DNA of 43,122 nucleotides, taken from positions 1 through 43,122 of the forward strand of contig JBILDU010000011.1 in NCBI GenBank assembly GCA_044352465.1, given 5' to 3'. Shown piece by piece: positions 17,658 to 27,637 of the stretch (its first letter is position 1; each line of letters begins with the position of its first letter). The position numbers were made by a program, and so were the translations under genes. Source of the stretch: Bdellovibrionota bacterium. GTDB taxonomy: Bacteria; Bdellovibrionota_C; UBA2361. The notes beneath the pieces are model-generated. The model was not told where the DNA came from and made no database searches. It saw nothing but the letters and a program-made list of their open reading frames with translations.

Positions 17658-19571
17658 TTACCCCTTCCGCACCACTAACTGCGGATCGACATCGATCGTC
17701 GCGTCGGCTTTGAGTTTGGCGAGAACGGAGCCCACCAGGATCTGGACATTCCGCTCGGCTGCACGGTTTTTGTAATCGGCAAGCCGCTCAGTCAACAAAC
17801 CAGTATCGGGCTTCTTGATATCCTTCACCTGAAATATATATCCCTTCCCCCCGACCTCGAAGACCTTCTTGGGGTGAGCAAGCGGCGCGACGGTGTTGAA
17901 GATCGCACTCTGAATTTCGGGGCTCCCGATGACTCCAGCGGCCGGTTTGGCGCGAGAAAATCCGTTCGCCTCAAGAATGGAGAGCTTCTGTTCAGCAGCG
18001 AACTTTGCAAAGTCGGGAGGCGTATCCCCCGTCAATGCTGCGAGCATCCGCGCCCCCGCTTCAGTCGCAAGTCGCTTCGACTCCTGACGACGGTAGGCGG
18101 CTAAAACATCGGCCTTGACCTCTCCAAACGGTGGAATGGTGGGTTCCTTAAATTCCCTTATCTCCGCAAGCACGGTAAGCTCTCCGGCCTCAACGATCTG
18201 CTTTTGAACCTCGGGGGTCACTAAGATTCTCTCGGTTAACCCTTGGAGATTTGAAGCGGGATCACTTCCAACTCCCCGGAGCCCCTTCGATTGTTCGGCG
18301 ACAAGACCGTGTTTCGACGCGAAGTCACTGAGCTTGCCTTCGCTCTTACTCCACTCCTCGAAGAGCTGCTGCGCACGATCAGCGGTATACGCCGGCGCCT
18401 CACGCAATTGTAACTCCTTCACGATCGTCGCACGAACGACCTCGAGTTTCTGAGGCTCCGGCTCCTTGCGCTCCTCAAGTTTTATGATGTGGAATCCGTA
18501 CGGGGTGCTCACGAGCTCGGAAACAGCCCCAACCGCGAGCTTCGCTACCGCGCCGTCAAATTCAGCCGACAGCGTTCCCACTTTAACAAATCCCAGGTCC
18601 CCACCAGCCGTGTTCGACGTCAGATCATCGGAATACTGAGTAGCCACGCTACCGAAATCCTCTCCCGCTTGGATCTTTATCAGCGCTTCTTGGGCACGCT
18701 CCTTGGTTTTCGCCATCTCCTCAGCCTTGGCCCCTTTGGCGTAGGTGAATTGGACGTGGCGCGCGCGATACTCCAAAGGATTCATAAAGCGACTCTGGTT
18801 ATCTTGATAATACATCTCGATATCCTCTTCGCTCGGCACCACAAGGTCGACGAATTTCTGCGGGTCGAGCACGACATAGTCGTACGCTACCTGGGCCGGA
18901 CGCTCGTAATCCGACGCATTGGTCGTATAAAACTCTTCCAGCGCCACTTCGTTCGAGACGTCCACCTGTCCTTCAAACTTCACGGGGTCAAACTCAACAT
19001 AGCGAACCGAATAAGTTGTCTCATCCTGTTCCCACATCGCCCGCGCCTCCTCCATGGAGGCTCCCGTAACATCCGAAAAGAGGCCGACGAACTGGGCTCG
19101 TAGCGCCGAATCCCGCACCTCTTGCTCAAACGCCGGAGCACTCAGATTCATCTCCTGTAGGAAACGACGATACATCTCGGCATCGAACCCACCACTAAAG
19201 ACCTGGCTTCGCATGATTCGCTGCAGCTCATCCGGACCAGAGAACAGACCGTTTGCTTGGGCGGCTTTAAGGAAGAGATTATCCGAGATTACCTTATCGA
19301 TGACCTGCTGATTAAGGTTTGCTTCAAGCATCGGCGCGAGTTGGGCGTAATTCTGCCCAAGCATCGAGCGATACCGATTCTGAAGCTGTCGACGCTCGCG
19401 GTCGAATTCCATGAAACCGACCCGTTCATCATCTATTTTGATGGCGTATACCTTATCGGCCTCGTAATTCTGGTACATGTTGACGCCGAATCCGGTCATC
19501 GACATGGCGGCGATACAGACGACGAGGATACCGAAAACCGTTTTTCGATGAGTGTGAAACATTCTTAACAT
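17658..19571 (-). CDS. ppiD: Periplasmic chaperone / peptidyl-prolyl isomerase PpiD (SurA N-terminal + parvulin)
   Basis: N-terminal TM, SurA_N-like region and parvulin motifs RARHVQF, FGSVATQYSDD..AGGDLGF and STPYGFHIIKL. Confidence 0.85.
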   Translation of the reverse strand: MLRMFHTHRKTVFGILVVCIAAMSMTGFGVNMYQNYEADKVYAIKIDDERVGFMEFDRERRQLQNRYRSMLGQNYAQLAPMLEANLNQQVIDKVISDNLFLKAAQANGLFSGPDELQRIMRSQVFSGGFDAEMYRRFLQEMNLSAPAFEQEVRDSALRAQFVGLFSDVTGASMEEARAMWEQDETTYSVRYVEFDPVKFEGQVDVSNEVALEEFYTTNASDYERPAQVAYDYVVLDPQKFVDLVVPSEEDIEMYYQDNQSRFMNPLEYRARHVQFTYAKGAKAEEMAKTKERAQEALIKIQAGEDFGSVATQYSDDLTSNTAGGDLGFVKVGTLSAEFDGAVAKLAVGAVSELVSTPYGFHIIKLEERKEPEPQKLEVVRATIVKELQLREAPAYTADRAQQLFEEWSKSEGKLSDFASKHGLVAEQSKGLRGVGSDPASNLQGLTERILVTPEVQKQIVEAGELTVLAEIREFKEPTIPPFGEVKADVLAAYRRQESKRLATEAGARMLAALTGDTPPDFAKFAAEQKLSILEANGFSRAKPAAGVIGSPEIQSAIFNTVAPLAHPKKVFEVGGKGYIFQVKDIKKPDTGLLTERLADYKNRAAERNVQILVGSVLAKLKADATIDVDPQLVVRKG

Positions 19572-19598
19572 ACGCAGATCCTTTTCTGAGGATACCGA

Positions 19599-19916
19599 TT
19601 AATCTTTACGTGACTCGTGAAAATAGCCGAGATAAAGTTGCCGCTCCGCTTCCTCCGGCCGAGCTACCCCGGACCAGGGAATCATCGAGCGAATCGCTTC
19701 GAGGGCTCCCCGGCAATCCTCGACGACGCTCGGCGTCGTTAAGATACAGACGAGGGACTTCCTCAAATTGAGGGTGCGCACAATGCCGAGCCCCTCATAG
19801 AGTTCGAAGAATGCTTGCAAGAGGACAACTTTCTCGCTGGGGACCTCCAGGTAGAAGGCGCACGTCTCCGGGTCGATAAAATCAGGTGCCAGCGGTGCGA
19901 CGTTCCGGTCGTTCAT
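19599..19916 (-). CDS. DUF4911 domain-containing protein
   Basis: YLEVP..VVLLQAFFELYEGLGIVRTL pattern; 4-bp overlap with gatB. Confidence 0.7.
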   Translation of the reverse strand: MNDRNVAPLAPDFIDPETCAFYLEVPSEKVVLLQAFFELYEGLGIVRTLNLRKSLVCILTTPSVVEDCRGALEAIRSMIPWSGVARPEEAERQLYLGYFHESRKD

Positions 19917-21358
19917 CCGCGCGCCTTTCGCTCCTCGAGCTCCCGGGCGATCAGCTCATTGACCTTCTTTGGATTTGCCGTTCCTCCGGTCGCTTTCATG
20001 ACCTGACCAACGAAGAAGCCGTGTAGGCGAACGTTACCGCCGACGAATTCAGCTGCTTGGGAGGGATTCTTTTCAAAAACATCACGGACGACCGCGGTGA
20101 TTGCATCCGCTGAGGTGATCTGCTGCAAACCCTTCTCCTCAACGATCACCTTCGGGCTTCGGCCAGAGGCGAACATCTCTTCAAAAACGGTTTTGGCCAT
20201 CTTCCCACTAATGACGTCCTCATCGATCAGCTTGATAAGCTCGCCCAAACTTGTCGGACCGATCGGGCTCTGGGACAGATCCTTCCCGGCCTTATTGAGA
20301 ACCCCAAAAAGCTCTGAGGTCACCCAATTGCACGCCGCCTTGGCGTTACCACACACCTTAAAGACCTCTTCAAAAAAGTCAGCGTGGCTCTGCTCGGCGG
20401 TCAAGACACCAGCATCGTAGCGGCTGAGCCCAAAGACCTCGACGAACATCTTCACCCGCTCGCTCGGAAGCTGCGGCATGCGGGTGCGCACATCACGGAT
20501 CCAGCTCTCCTCAACCACGAGGGGAGGTAGATCAGGGTCCGGGAAATACCGGTAGTCCGAAGCCTCTTCTTTAGAACGGAGCGACTTGGTCACGCCGGTC
20601 TCACTGTCGAAGAGCAAGGTTTCTTGCACAATCGACTTTCCGTTTTTTAGTAAAGACGCCTGGCGGGCGATCTCGTACTCCAGCGCCCGCTCAACGAAAC
20701 GGAAGGAGTTAAGATTTTTAATCTCAGTGCGGGTGCCGAACGCAACCTGACCGACCGGACGCAACGAGATATTAGCATCGCACCGGAGACTCCCTTCCTC
20801 CATGTTGCCGTCGCTAATCCCAAGATAGCGAACTATCTGGCGCAGAGTTCGGAGGTACGCCGCAGCTTCCGCAGGCGAGCGAATATCGGGTTCAGAGACC
20901 ACCTCAAGGAGCGGCACGCCGGCGCGGTTGAGATCGATAAGCGAGGACTGTGTGCGCGTATCATGGATATTTTTCCCCGCATCCTCCTCCATGTGAATCC
21001 GCTTGATACCGATCGTCCTAAGGGCATCGTTCAGCGTCACTTCGATGTGTCCGCGTTCACAGATCGGTTCCTCGTACTGAGAGATTTGGTACCCCTTGGG
21101 CAGATCGGGGTAAAAATAATGCTTCCGGGCGAAGCGATTAAACTTCCGGATCTCACAGTTCATCGCAAGCCCGAGCATGATGGCAAACTCGATCGCCGAT
21201 TTATTGACGACCGGCAGCGAACCCGGCAATCCCAGGGTCACCGGGTCAACAAACTCGTTCGGCTCACCGCCGAAAGCAGCTGAGGACCCGCAAAATATCT
21301 TCGACTTTGTCGCGAGCTGAACGTGCGCCTCAAGGCCGATTACCGTTTCGAATTCCAT
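19913..21358 (-). CDS. gatB: Asp-tRNA(Asn)/Glu-tRNA(Gln) amidotransferase subunit B
   Basis: IGLEAHVQL, RKHYFYPDLPKGYQISQ, RIHMEEDAGK, LRCDANIS, EIKNLNSF and DYRYFPDPDL. Confidence 0.98.
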   Translation of the reverse strand: MEFETVIGLEAHVQLATKSKIFCGSSAAFGGEPNEFVDPVTLGLPGSLPVVNKSAIEFAIMLGLAMNCEIRKFNRFARKHYFYPDLPKGYQISQYEEPICERGHIEVTLNDALRTIGIKRIHMEEDAGKNIHDTRTQSSLIDLNRAGVPLLEVVSEPDIRSPAEAAAYLRTLRQIVRYLGISDGNMEEGSLRCDANISLRPVGQVAFGTRTEIKNLNSFRFVERALEYEIARQASLLKNGKSIVQETLLFDSETGVTKSLRSKEEASDYRYFPDPDLPPLVVEESWIRDVRTRMPQLPSERVKMFVEVFGLSRYDAGVLTAEQSHADFFEEVFKVCGNAKAACNWVTSELFGVLNKAGKDLSQSPIGPTSLGELIKLIDEDVISGKMAKTVFEEMFASGRSPKVIVEEKGLQQITSADAITAVVRDVFEKNPSQAAEFVGGNVRLHGFFVGQVMKATGGTANPKKVNELIARELEERKARG

Positions 21359-21363
21359 CTTCT

Positions 21364-22824
21364 CTACGCCTCGATCGCCGGGATACGCTTATGCCAATCG
21401 GTCATGCTCTCGTGAGCCTGCCCTACGTTCAACAACGTCTGCTCATCCCACGGCTTGCCGATAAGCTGGAGCCCCACGGGCAAACCATCAACAAAACCAC
21501 ACGGAAAGGTGAGCGCCGGAAGGCCAGCTAAATTAACCGGAATCGTAAAAACGTCGTTGAGATACATCGCCAACGGATCGGCGACCTTCTCCCCGATCTT
21601 AAACGGCGGGGTCGGTGCCGTCGGACAGGCGATGACATCGCACACGTTCGCGAAGGCGTCCCGAAAGTCTTGCGCGATAAGGGTGCGGACCTTCTGCGCG
21701 CGAAGATAAAACGCGTCGTAGTATCCGGCCGAAAGAACATACGTCCCGATCATGATGCGACGCTGCACCTCCGCGCTAAACCCCTCTGAACGGGAGCGGC
21801 AGTACAGCTCTTTGAGATCATGCGTCCCCTCAGCACGGTGGCCGTAACGGATGCCATCGTAGCGAGCCAGGTTCGACGAGGCTTCAGCAGGCGCCAAGAT
21901 GTAATACACCGCAACCGCGAGCTCTGTATGAGGCAGCGAGACCTCGACGACCTGAGCCCCACGCTCCTCAAGTCGCGCGATCGCCGCTCGAACCAGCGCC
22001 TCGACCTCAGGACTCAAACCTTTGATGAAATATTCACGGGGGATACCGATTCGCAGCCCCGCGATATTTCCGTCGAGAACCGTCGTTGGCTTGGTCAGAT
22101 TGACCGAAGTGGAATCGCGCGAGTCGTGGCCAGCGATAACATCGTACACCGCAGCACAGTCAGCGATATTGGCCGCAAAAGGGCCGATCTGATCCAGGGA
22201 TGAGGCGTACGCGACAGCGCCGTACCGACTCACCCGACCGTAGGTGGGCTTCAATCCAACGATATTACAAAAGGAGGCGGGCTGCCGAATTGAGCCCCCT
22301 GTATCGGTACCGAGTGCAGCCGGGGCCAGACGTGCCGCGACCGCCGCAGCGGAACCGCCGCTCGATCCCCCGGGGACACACGCGGTATTCCAAGGATTTC
22401 GGACCGGCCCGAAGAAAGAGGTCTCGTTCGAAGAGCCCATCGCGAACTCATCGAGATTGGTCTTCCCAAAAACAACCGCACCGGCCTGCCTGAGGTTGGT
22501 GATAACGGTCGCATCATAGGGTGCGACGAAATTCGCCAACATCTTGCTCGCGCATGTATTACGCAAGCCGCGGGTCAAAATCATATCCTTGATGGCGATA
22601 GGCACTCCCAGGAGAGATCCAGACTCACCCCGCGCCCGTCGCGCATCGGCGCCACGCGCTTCAGCCAGAACCGCCTCCCGATCGAGCGTGATGAAGGCAT
22701 TGAGATGGTGCGCTTGCTCGCTCCGGTTGAGGAGAGCTGTCGAAAGCTCTACCGACGAAAAATCTTTCGCCGCGAGTCCGCCGGACATTTGGGCGAGCGT
22801 CATAGTGGAAAGTTCGGCCGACAT
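21364..22824 (-). CDS. gatA: Asp-tRNA(Asn)/Glu-tRNA(Gln) amidotransferase subunit A
   Basis: Amidase signature [38 protein letters not shown] and [11 protein letters not shown]. Confidence 0.98.
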   Translation of the reverse strand: MSAELSTMTLAQMSGGLAAKDFSSVELSTALLNRSEQAHHLNAFITLDREAVLAEARGADARRARGESGSLLGVPIAIKDMILTRGLRNTCASKMLANFVAPYDATVITNLRQAGAVVFGKTNLDEFAMGSSNETSFFGPVRNPWNTACVPGGSSGGSAAAVAARLAPAALGTDTGGSIRQPASFCNIVGLKPTYGRVSRYGAVAYASSLDQIGPFAANIADCAAVYDVIAGHDSRDSTSVNLTKPTTVLDGNIAGLRIGIPREYFIKGLSPEVEALVRAAIARLEERGAQVVEVSLPHTELAVAVYYILAPAEASSNLARYDGIRYGHRAEGTHDLKELYCRSRSEGFSAEVQRRIMIGTYVLSAGYYDAFYLRAQKVRTLIAQDFRDAFANVCDVIACPTAPTPPFKIGEKVADPLAMYLNDVFTIPVNLAGLPALTFPCGFVDGLPVGLQLIGKPWDEQTLLNVGQAHESMTDWHKRIPAIEA

Positions 22825-22849
22825 CGTATCTCCGGAACGGAATAAAAGG

Positions 22850-23146
22850 TTACCCCTCGGATGAGCCGATTATCAGAGGTACGCGAATAAAACGGCCGAG
22901 GGTGTCGGGGGCATTTTGAAGTGCCTCCTCGATCGGCATCGACGGGACAACCGCATCGGGCCGAAAAACGTTGGTTGAACCATGCACATGACTCATCGGT
23001 TCAACATCCTTAACGTCAATCTTTTCAAGGCGTTGAACGTATCCAAGGATGGAACTAAGATTCTCCGTCAGGCGATCCACCCGCGCGTCGTCGACGTGCA
23101 GGAAAGCGAGTGTAGCAACCTTGCGAACTTGGTCTTTCGTAATCAT
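22850..23146 (-). CDS. gatC: Asp-tRNA(Asn)/Glu-tRNA(Gln) amidotransferase subunit C
   Basis: [28 protein letters not shown] and ALQNAP..FIRVP; upstream of gatA. Confidence 0.95.
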   Translation of the reverse strand: MITKDQVRKVATLAFLHVDDARVDRLTENLSSILGYVQRLEKIDVKDVEPMSHVHGSTNVFRPDAVVPSMPIEEALQNAPDTLGRFIRVPLIIGSSEG

Positions 23147-23367
23147 AGAACGAATAAAATGGCCCCCCGAGTTATAGCCCTCAGACCCCTAAAAATAAAG
23201 ATTGTTTCCACTGATTGTCCCGGGCTAAACCTAGGGAACTCTCACACCGTTATGCTCGGTAATCGCGATCGATTTTGGCAATCGATGACGGGTGGGGAGT
23301 AATCTTATATCTCGGCGTCACCCGATCGGGGGCGAGCGAGCGATGGTTTTCTTGTGTAGGGGTCACG

Positions 23368-24783
23368 GTGGCTGGCAAACAACGTTCTAACGGAAAGTAT
23401 GACTACGACCTTCTAGTCATTGGCTGCGGCCCGGCCGGACAGCGCGCCGCCATTCAAGCGTCGAAACTCCGCAAACGAGCCGCCGTCATCGATAAACGTG
23501 AGGTCGTCGGTGGGGTGTGCGTCAATACCGGCACGATCCCCAGTAAGTCGTTTAAGGAGGCGGTGTTATTCCTCTCCGGATTCAGACAACGCAACATCTA
23601 CGGGGCCGGCTATCGCGTCAAAGCCGAGATAGAGATGTCCGACCTGACCTTTCGCTGCAATCGCATCATGCAGAGCGAAATCGAGGTCATTAAGAGTCAG
23701 CTCAATCGGAATCACGTCGACGTTATCTACGGTCAGGCGGAGTTTTCTGACCAACACTCCGTTCTCGTGCGCTCAGGTGACGGGACCGAGACATGCTACA
23801 CCGCTGAGAAAATCGTCGTCGCCGTCGGGGCCGAGCCGTTTCGCCCCGGGAATGTCGCCTTTAACGGCAAGAGTATCTTTGATAGCGACGACATCTTAAC
23901 TCTCGACCGGGTCCCGCGCGACCTGACCGTCGTTGGTGGCGGAGTCATCGGAACTGAATACGGCTCGATGTTCGCAGCGCTCGGTGTTCATGTGACGATC
24001 GTGGATGCGCGAAAACGCCTCCTCGGATTCGTTGATGAAGAGATTATCGAATACCTCCAATACCAATTACGCAGCATGGGGGTCACGCTACGCCTCGGGG
24101 AGGAGGTGAAGAGCTGCCAAACTCGCGAGGACGGGCAGGTCGTCACGACTTTGAAGAGTGGTAAAGTCATCGTCTCCGATTGTTGCCTCTACTCTGCCGG
24201 GCGTCAGAGCGCCACGGCCTCGTTGGGTCTTGAAAAAATCGGGCTAAAAACCGATGAGCGGGGCCGCATGACGGTCAACCAGAACTTCCAGACCGATATC
24301 GAACATATCTACGCGAGTGGTGACGTCATCGGATTTCCGGCCCTCGCCTCAACCTCGAGTGCTCAAGGTCGTCTCGCGGCGTGTCATGCATTCGGCGTCA
24401 AAGAGACCACGAGTGAAGTACCTTTGCCGTTCGGTATCTATTCGATTCCTGAAATCTCGTACGTTGGGCTCAACGAGGAGGAGCTCACCCGCCAAGAGGT
24501 GCCGTACGAAACCGGTATTGCGCGGTACCGTGAGATCGCCCGTGGCCATATTTTAGGCGACGAAAACGGCATGCTGAAGGTCCTCTTCCACCGCGAGACC
24601 CGCCAAGTCCTCGGGGTGCACATCATCGGCGACTCCTCGACCGAGCTCATTCACATTGGCCAAGCGGTGATCGCCCTCCGCGGCGGGCTCGACTACCTCG
24701 TTGACGCAGTCTTTAACTATCCAACCCTCGCCGAGTGTTACAAGGTTGCCGCTTTGGACGGCTATAATAAACTTCGGGCCTAG
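23368..24783 (+). CDS. sthA: Soluble pyridine nucleotide transhydrogenase
   Basis: IGCGPAGQRAA, GGVCVNTGTIPSK (single Cys, SthA type), GGGVIGTEY, GDVIGFPALAS and VFNYPTLAECYKVAALD. The GTG at 23368 is preferred over the track start at 23275. Confidence 0.93.
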   Translation: MAGKQRSNGKYDYDLLVIGCGPAGQRAAIQASKLRKRAAVIDKREVVGGVCVNTGTIPSKSFKEAVLFLSGFRQRNIYGAGYRVKAEIEMSDLTFRCNRIMQSEIEVIKSQLNRNHVDVIYGQAEFSDQHSVLVRSGDGTETCYTAEKIVVAVGAEPFRPGNVAFNGKSIFDSDDILTLDRVPRDLTVVGGGVIGTEYGSMFAALGVHVTIVDARKRLLGFVDEEIIEYLQYQLRSMGVTLRLGEEVKSCQTREDGQVVTTLKSGKVIVSDCCLYSAGRQSATASLGLEKIGLKTDERGRMTVNQNFQTDIEHIYASGDVIGFPALASTSSAQGRLAACHAFGVKETTSEVPLPFGIYSIPEISYVGLNEEELTRQEVPYETGIARYREIARGHILGDENGMLKVLFHRETRQVLGVHIIGDSSTELIHIGQAVIALRGGLDYLVDAVFNYPTLAECYKVAALDGYNKLRA

Positions 24784-24785
24784 CG

Positions 24786-25430
24786 ATGGTGGCGAACGGA
24801 GCGCTGCGCGACCGAGAAACTCCGACCTTCGCCGCTCTCCAGAACTTCGCTCGTGCGGTCAGCCACACGGTTCGAACCCCCCTGGCGGTCATTTCAAACG
24901 ATTTACAGTACCTCACTGCACACGACGCTACCGGGGTCGCCCAGACGACCTTGGTGCAATGCCGCAAGATTGCGGCGATACTTGATACGATCGCGGTACT
25001 CGGTAAAAGCACGCTGCAACTCACGCCCATCGCGTATGGAGACCTGCAGCGATTGCTCGAACTCGCTCCGACGCCCGATGAGCCGGCACCACTATCCCCG
25101 GCCTCGGTTTTATTTATCGATCGCCGTTTTTTGAGCGAAATCGTTCGATTAAGTGACGCGCTCCTTGCTTCGACCGTCCCAGCCTCTCGCACTCTGCGAC
25201 AGACCACAGCCGGCGTGCTGATTTCTTTCGGGGCCGTGCCGTGCCTCAACGGGCCACACACGCCCAGCGAACTGTGGGCTGATCGTATCGAGGCGATCCT
25301 TCTCGAGACACTCGTCGAAGCCCACGGAGGCTGGTTCGAAGGATGTTCGCTCGAATCACTCACCCTCGCCCTACCGCTCTCATCGCAACATCAAGGAGCT
25401 TTCAATGCACCCGGAGATCCTGTTCGTTGA
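24786..25430 (+). CDS. Sensor-less degenerate histidine kinase-like protein (HisKA + non-catalytic CA-like domain)
   Basis: H-box AVSHTVRTPLAVI and C-terminal LVEAHGG..LTLALP; no N, G1 or G2 boxes; overlaps the downstream response regulator. Confidence 0.65.
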   Translation: MVANGALRDRETPTFAALQNFARAVSHTVRTPLAVISNDLQYLTAHDATGVAQTTLVQCRKIAAILDTIAVLGKSTLQLTPIAYGDLQRLLELAPTPDEPAPLSPASVLFIDRRFLSEIVRLSDALLASTVPASRTLRQTTAGVLISFGAVPCLNGPHTPSELWADRIEAILLETLVEAHGGWFEGCSLESLTLALPLSSQHQGAFNAPGDPVR

Positions 25431-26754
25431 TGACGACCGGGCCTCGCTCGACAGCCTCATACGGGCTGTCGCGGATCAAGGTCCCGCCGGGAATTACCTC
25501 GCGGCGTCTTCGCTTAATGAAGCGCGCGCCATGGTCCGCCGGAACCACCCCCTTGTTGTGGTGCTCGATCTCTCCCTTGAGCCGACACGTGGAGTCGAAA
25601 GCGGCTACGAACTTCTCCGTGAGGTGGCGCTGGCCGATCCTCCGTGTCGAGTTATCGTTCTTACCGGTCACGGCGATGCCAGCTACGGCGTTCGAGCGCT
25701 CCATCTCGGTGCATCGAGCTTTATTCAAAAACCGGCTGATATCCCGCATCTTGCTGCGCTCATCCGCGACGGCATCGCCCAGGCAACCTTGTTACGCCAG
25801 TTTGCGGCACTACGCGGCTCAACCGAGGGTGTGGGGTTAGTCGGGGACTCGCCCGCGATGCGGCAGACCCTCCAAGAAATCCGCGCCGTCGCCCAAACGA
25901 ACCAAGCGGTCCTCTTCCTCGGCGAAACGGGGACAGGGAAGGGTATCTCCGCCCGGGCGATCCACCGTTGGAGCCACCGCGCGCCACGCAGGCTTGTCCG
26001 GTATCAACCCACTTTTGCCACGCCCGATATGGTTCAAAGCGACCTCTTTGGGCATGTGCGCGGCGCGTTTACCGGAGCAACCACCGACCGACGCGGGCTG
26101 ATAGCCGAGGCGGATGGCGGAACGCTTTTCCTCGATGAAGTCGACGAGCTACCCCGCGAAACGCAAGTGGCGCTCCTGGGCGTACTCCAGGAGAAGACCT
26201 TCCGACCGGTTGGTTCATCCACAGAGGCAACCTCCAATTTTCGGCTTATCACCGCTTCGAATCGAGACCTCGAAGAAGCGGTCAGCCAGCAGAAGCTCCG
26301 CCCCGATCTGCTCCACCGCATCGCCCACACGGTCATCCGAATCCCTCCGCTGCGGGAGCGACTCGATGATATCCCAGCACTGGTGGCCCACATCCTCAAC
26401 CGTCTCGCTGACCTGGAAAAACTGACGCTCGGGGGAGTTGAGGATGGTGTCATTGAAGTCCTCAGCGATTATCGTTGGCCGGGCAACGTGAGAGAACTCG
26501 AGGGGGTGATCGAGAGCGCGGCTTTTCGGGCGATAACCGCTCGACGCGATCGCATCGCCCGGGAGGATATAAAATTTATTCGGGCGGGTACGCCGAATTC
26601 GCTCGCACGCGATCTCCCCGCTCAAGTCGCTGCATTCAAACGACAGCTGATCGAAGCAGCGCTCGCCCGGAACGGGGGAAACCAGCTTCGCGCTGCCAAC
26701 GAGCTCGGTATCGACCGTGGAACTCTTAGTCGAATCCTCAAGGAGGCGAGATAA
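25405..26754 (+). CDS. Sigma54-dependent response regulator (REC-AAA+-Fis HTH)
   Basis: FVDDD, VLDLSL, LTGH and KP receiver motifs; GETGTGKG, GAFTGA, FLDEV and WPGNVREL; GNQLRAANELGIDR HTH. Confidence 0.93.
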   Translation: MHPEILFVDDDRASLDSLIRAVADQGPAGNYLAASSLNEARAMVRRNHPLVVVLDLSLEPTRGVESGYELLREVALADPPCRVIVLTGHGDASYGVRALHLGASSFIQKPADIPHLAALIRDGIAQATLLRQFAALRGSTEGVGLVGDSPAMRQTLQEIRAVAQTNQAVLFLGETGTGKGISARAIHRWSHRAPRRLVRYQPTFATPDMVQSDLFGHVRGAFTGATTDRRGLIAEADGGTLFLDEVDELPRETQVALLGVLQEKTFRPVGSSTEATSNFRLITASNRDLEEAVSQQKLRPDLLHRIAHTVIRIPPLRERLDDIPALVAHILNRLADLEKLTLGGVEDGVIEVLSDYRWPGNVRELEGVIESAAFRAITARRDRIAREDIKFIRAGTPNSLARDLPAQVAAFKRQLIEAALARNGGNQLRAANELGIDRGTLSRILKEAR

Positions 26755-27637
26755 AATCACGTATCACCCGTCTCGCTCGCTCCCAATTCGCGGCACCGAA
26801 CGTGGCGGGGTCCAGCATAAGGTGAGTTGGAGTTGAACCGTTTAGGGGAGGCAAGACCTCGAGCTGCCACGCCACCAATTCCCCCGCCTGGATGAATCGG
26901 CGGGTGCGCGAAACGCTGATAAATTCGTCCCCGTCATTCAGCAGCACGAGCGTTGGTGTTAACCGGAGAGCCTCCCCCGTTGGGCGTACCATCAACGTAT
27001 CAACCGTATCGAATAACGCCGCATAGGCCGTCAGCGGGGTCGTAGCCTCCGCTCGATACGGGGGGGGAATGAAGCTCGGAAGCCCGAGGCCAGTCCAATC
27101 AAGCCAAGTCAAAGGGCGTAGAAGTGCTGTGTATCCCTTCAGTCCGATCGCCGGTGCGACAAGGACAACCCGCTCGAACAAGGGCCTACCGAAATCGCTG
27201 AGGCCATTGAGGATCACCGCACCACCGAGTGAAAACCCGAGCGCCGACATCCTCTTGCCCGGCCAGCGACGTTGCACCGCTTCTACCGCACACTGAAGAT
27301 CCTCGACCCAGCGACGCCGTGAGGGGATAACCTCGCGCGCCTCTCCGCGGTGACCGGTCAAAGCCACAACGACGGTCGCAAAGCCGGTCTGGTTCAAAAA
27401 CGTCGCTAGGGGCCGCATCGCCTCGGGAGAATTGTTGAGACCGTGGACTAAGATGAAAACACCGCGACCGCCCTCAACATCGCGCCACTCAGCGACACAT
27501 GCCAGAGCTCGACTCGGAAGCCATACAGCCAACAGAAGGCAGATTCCCCACCACCCGACGCCGTTTAAGGAAGGGGCGACGGTTGGTTCTCCTCGCTCTG
27601 ACCTAGATCGATTAAGAAGGGTTCGGCGTCTCGACAC
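26738..27637 (-). CDS. Alpha/beta hydrolase (carboxylesterase/lysophospholipase-like), probably exported; start uncertain
   Basis: LVHGL, GFSLGG nucleophile elbow, DEFI acid and HLML His; signal-like LLLAVWLPSRALA. Confidence 0.85.
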   Translation of the reverse strand: MSRRRTLLNRSRSERGEPTVAPSLNGVGWWGICLLLAVWLPSRALACVAEWRDVEGGRGVFILVHGLNNSPEAMRPLATFLNQTGFATVVVALTGHRGEAREVIPSRRRWVEDLQCAVEAVQRRWPGKRMSALGFSLGGAVILNGLSDFGRPLFERVVLVAPAIGLKGYTALLRPLTWLDWTGLGLPSFIPPPYRAEATTPLTAYAALFDTVDTLMVRPTGEALRLTPTLVLLNDGDEFISVSRTRRFIQAGELVAWQLEVLPPLNGSTPTHLMLDPATFGAANWERARRVIRDFISPP

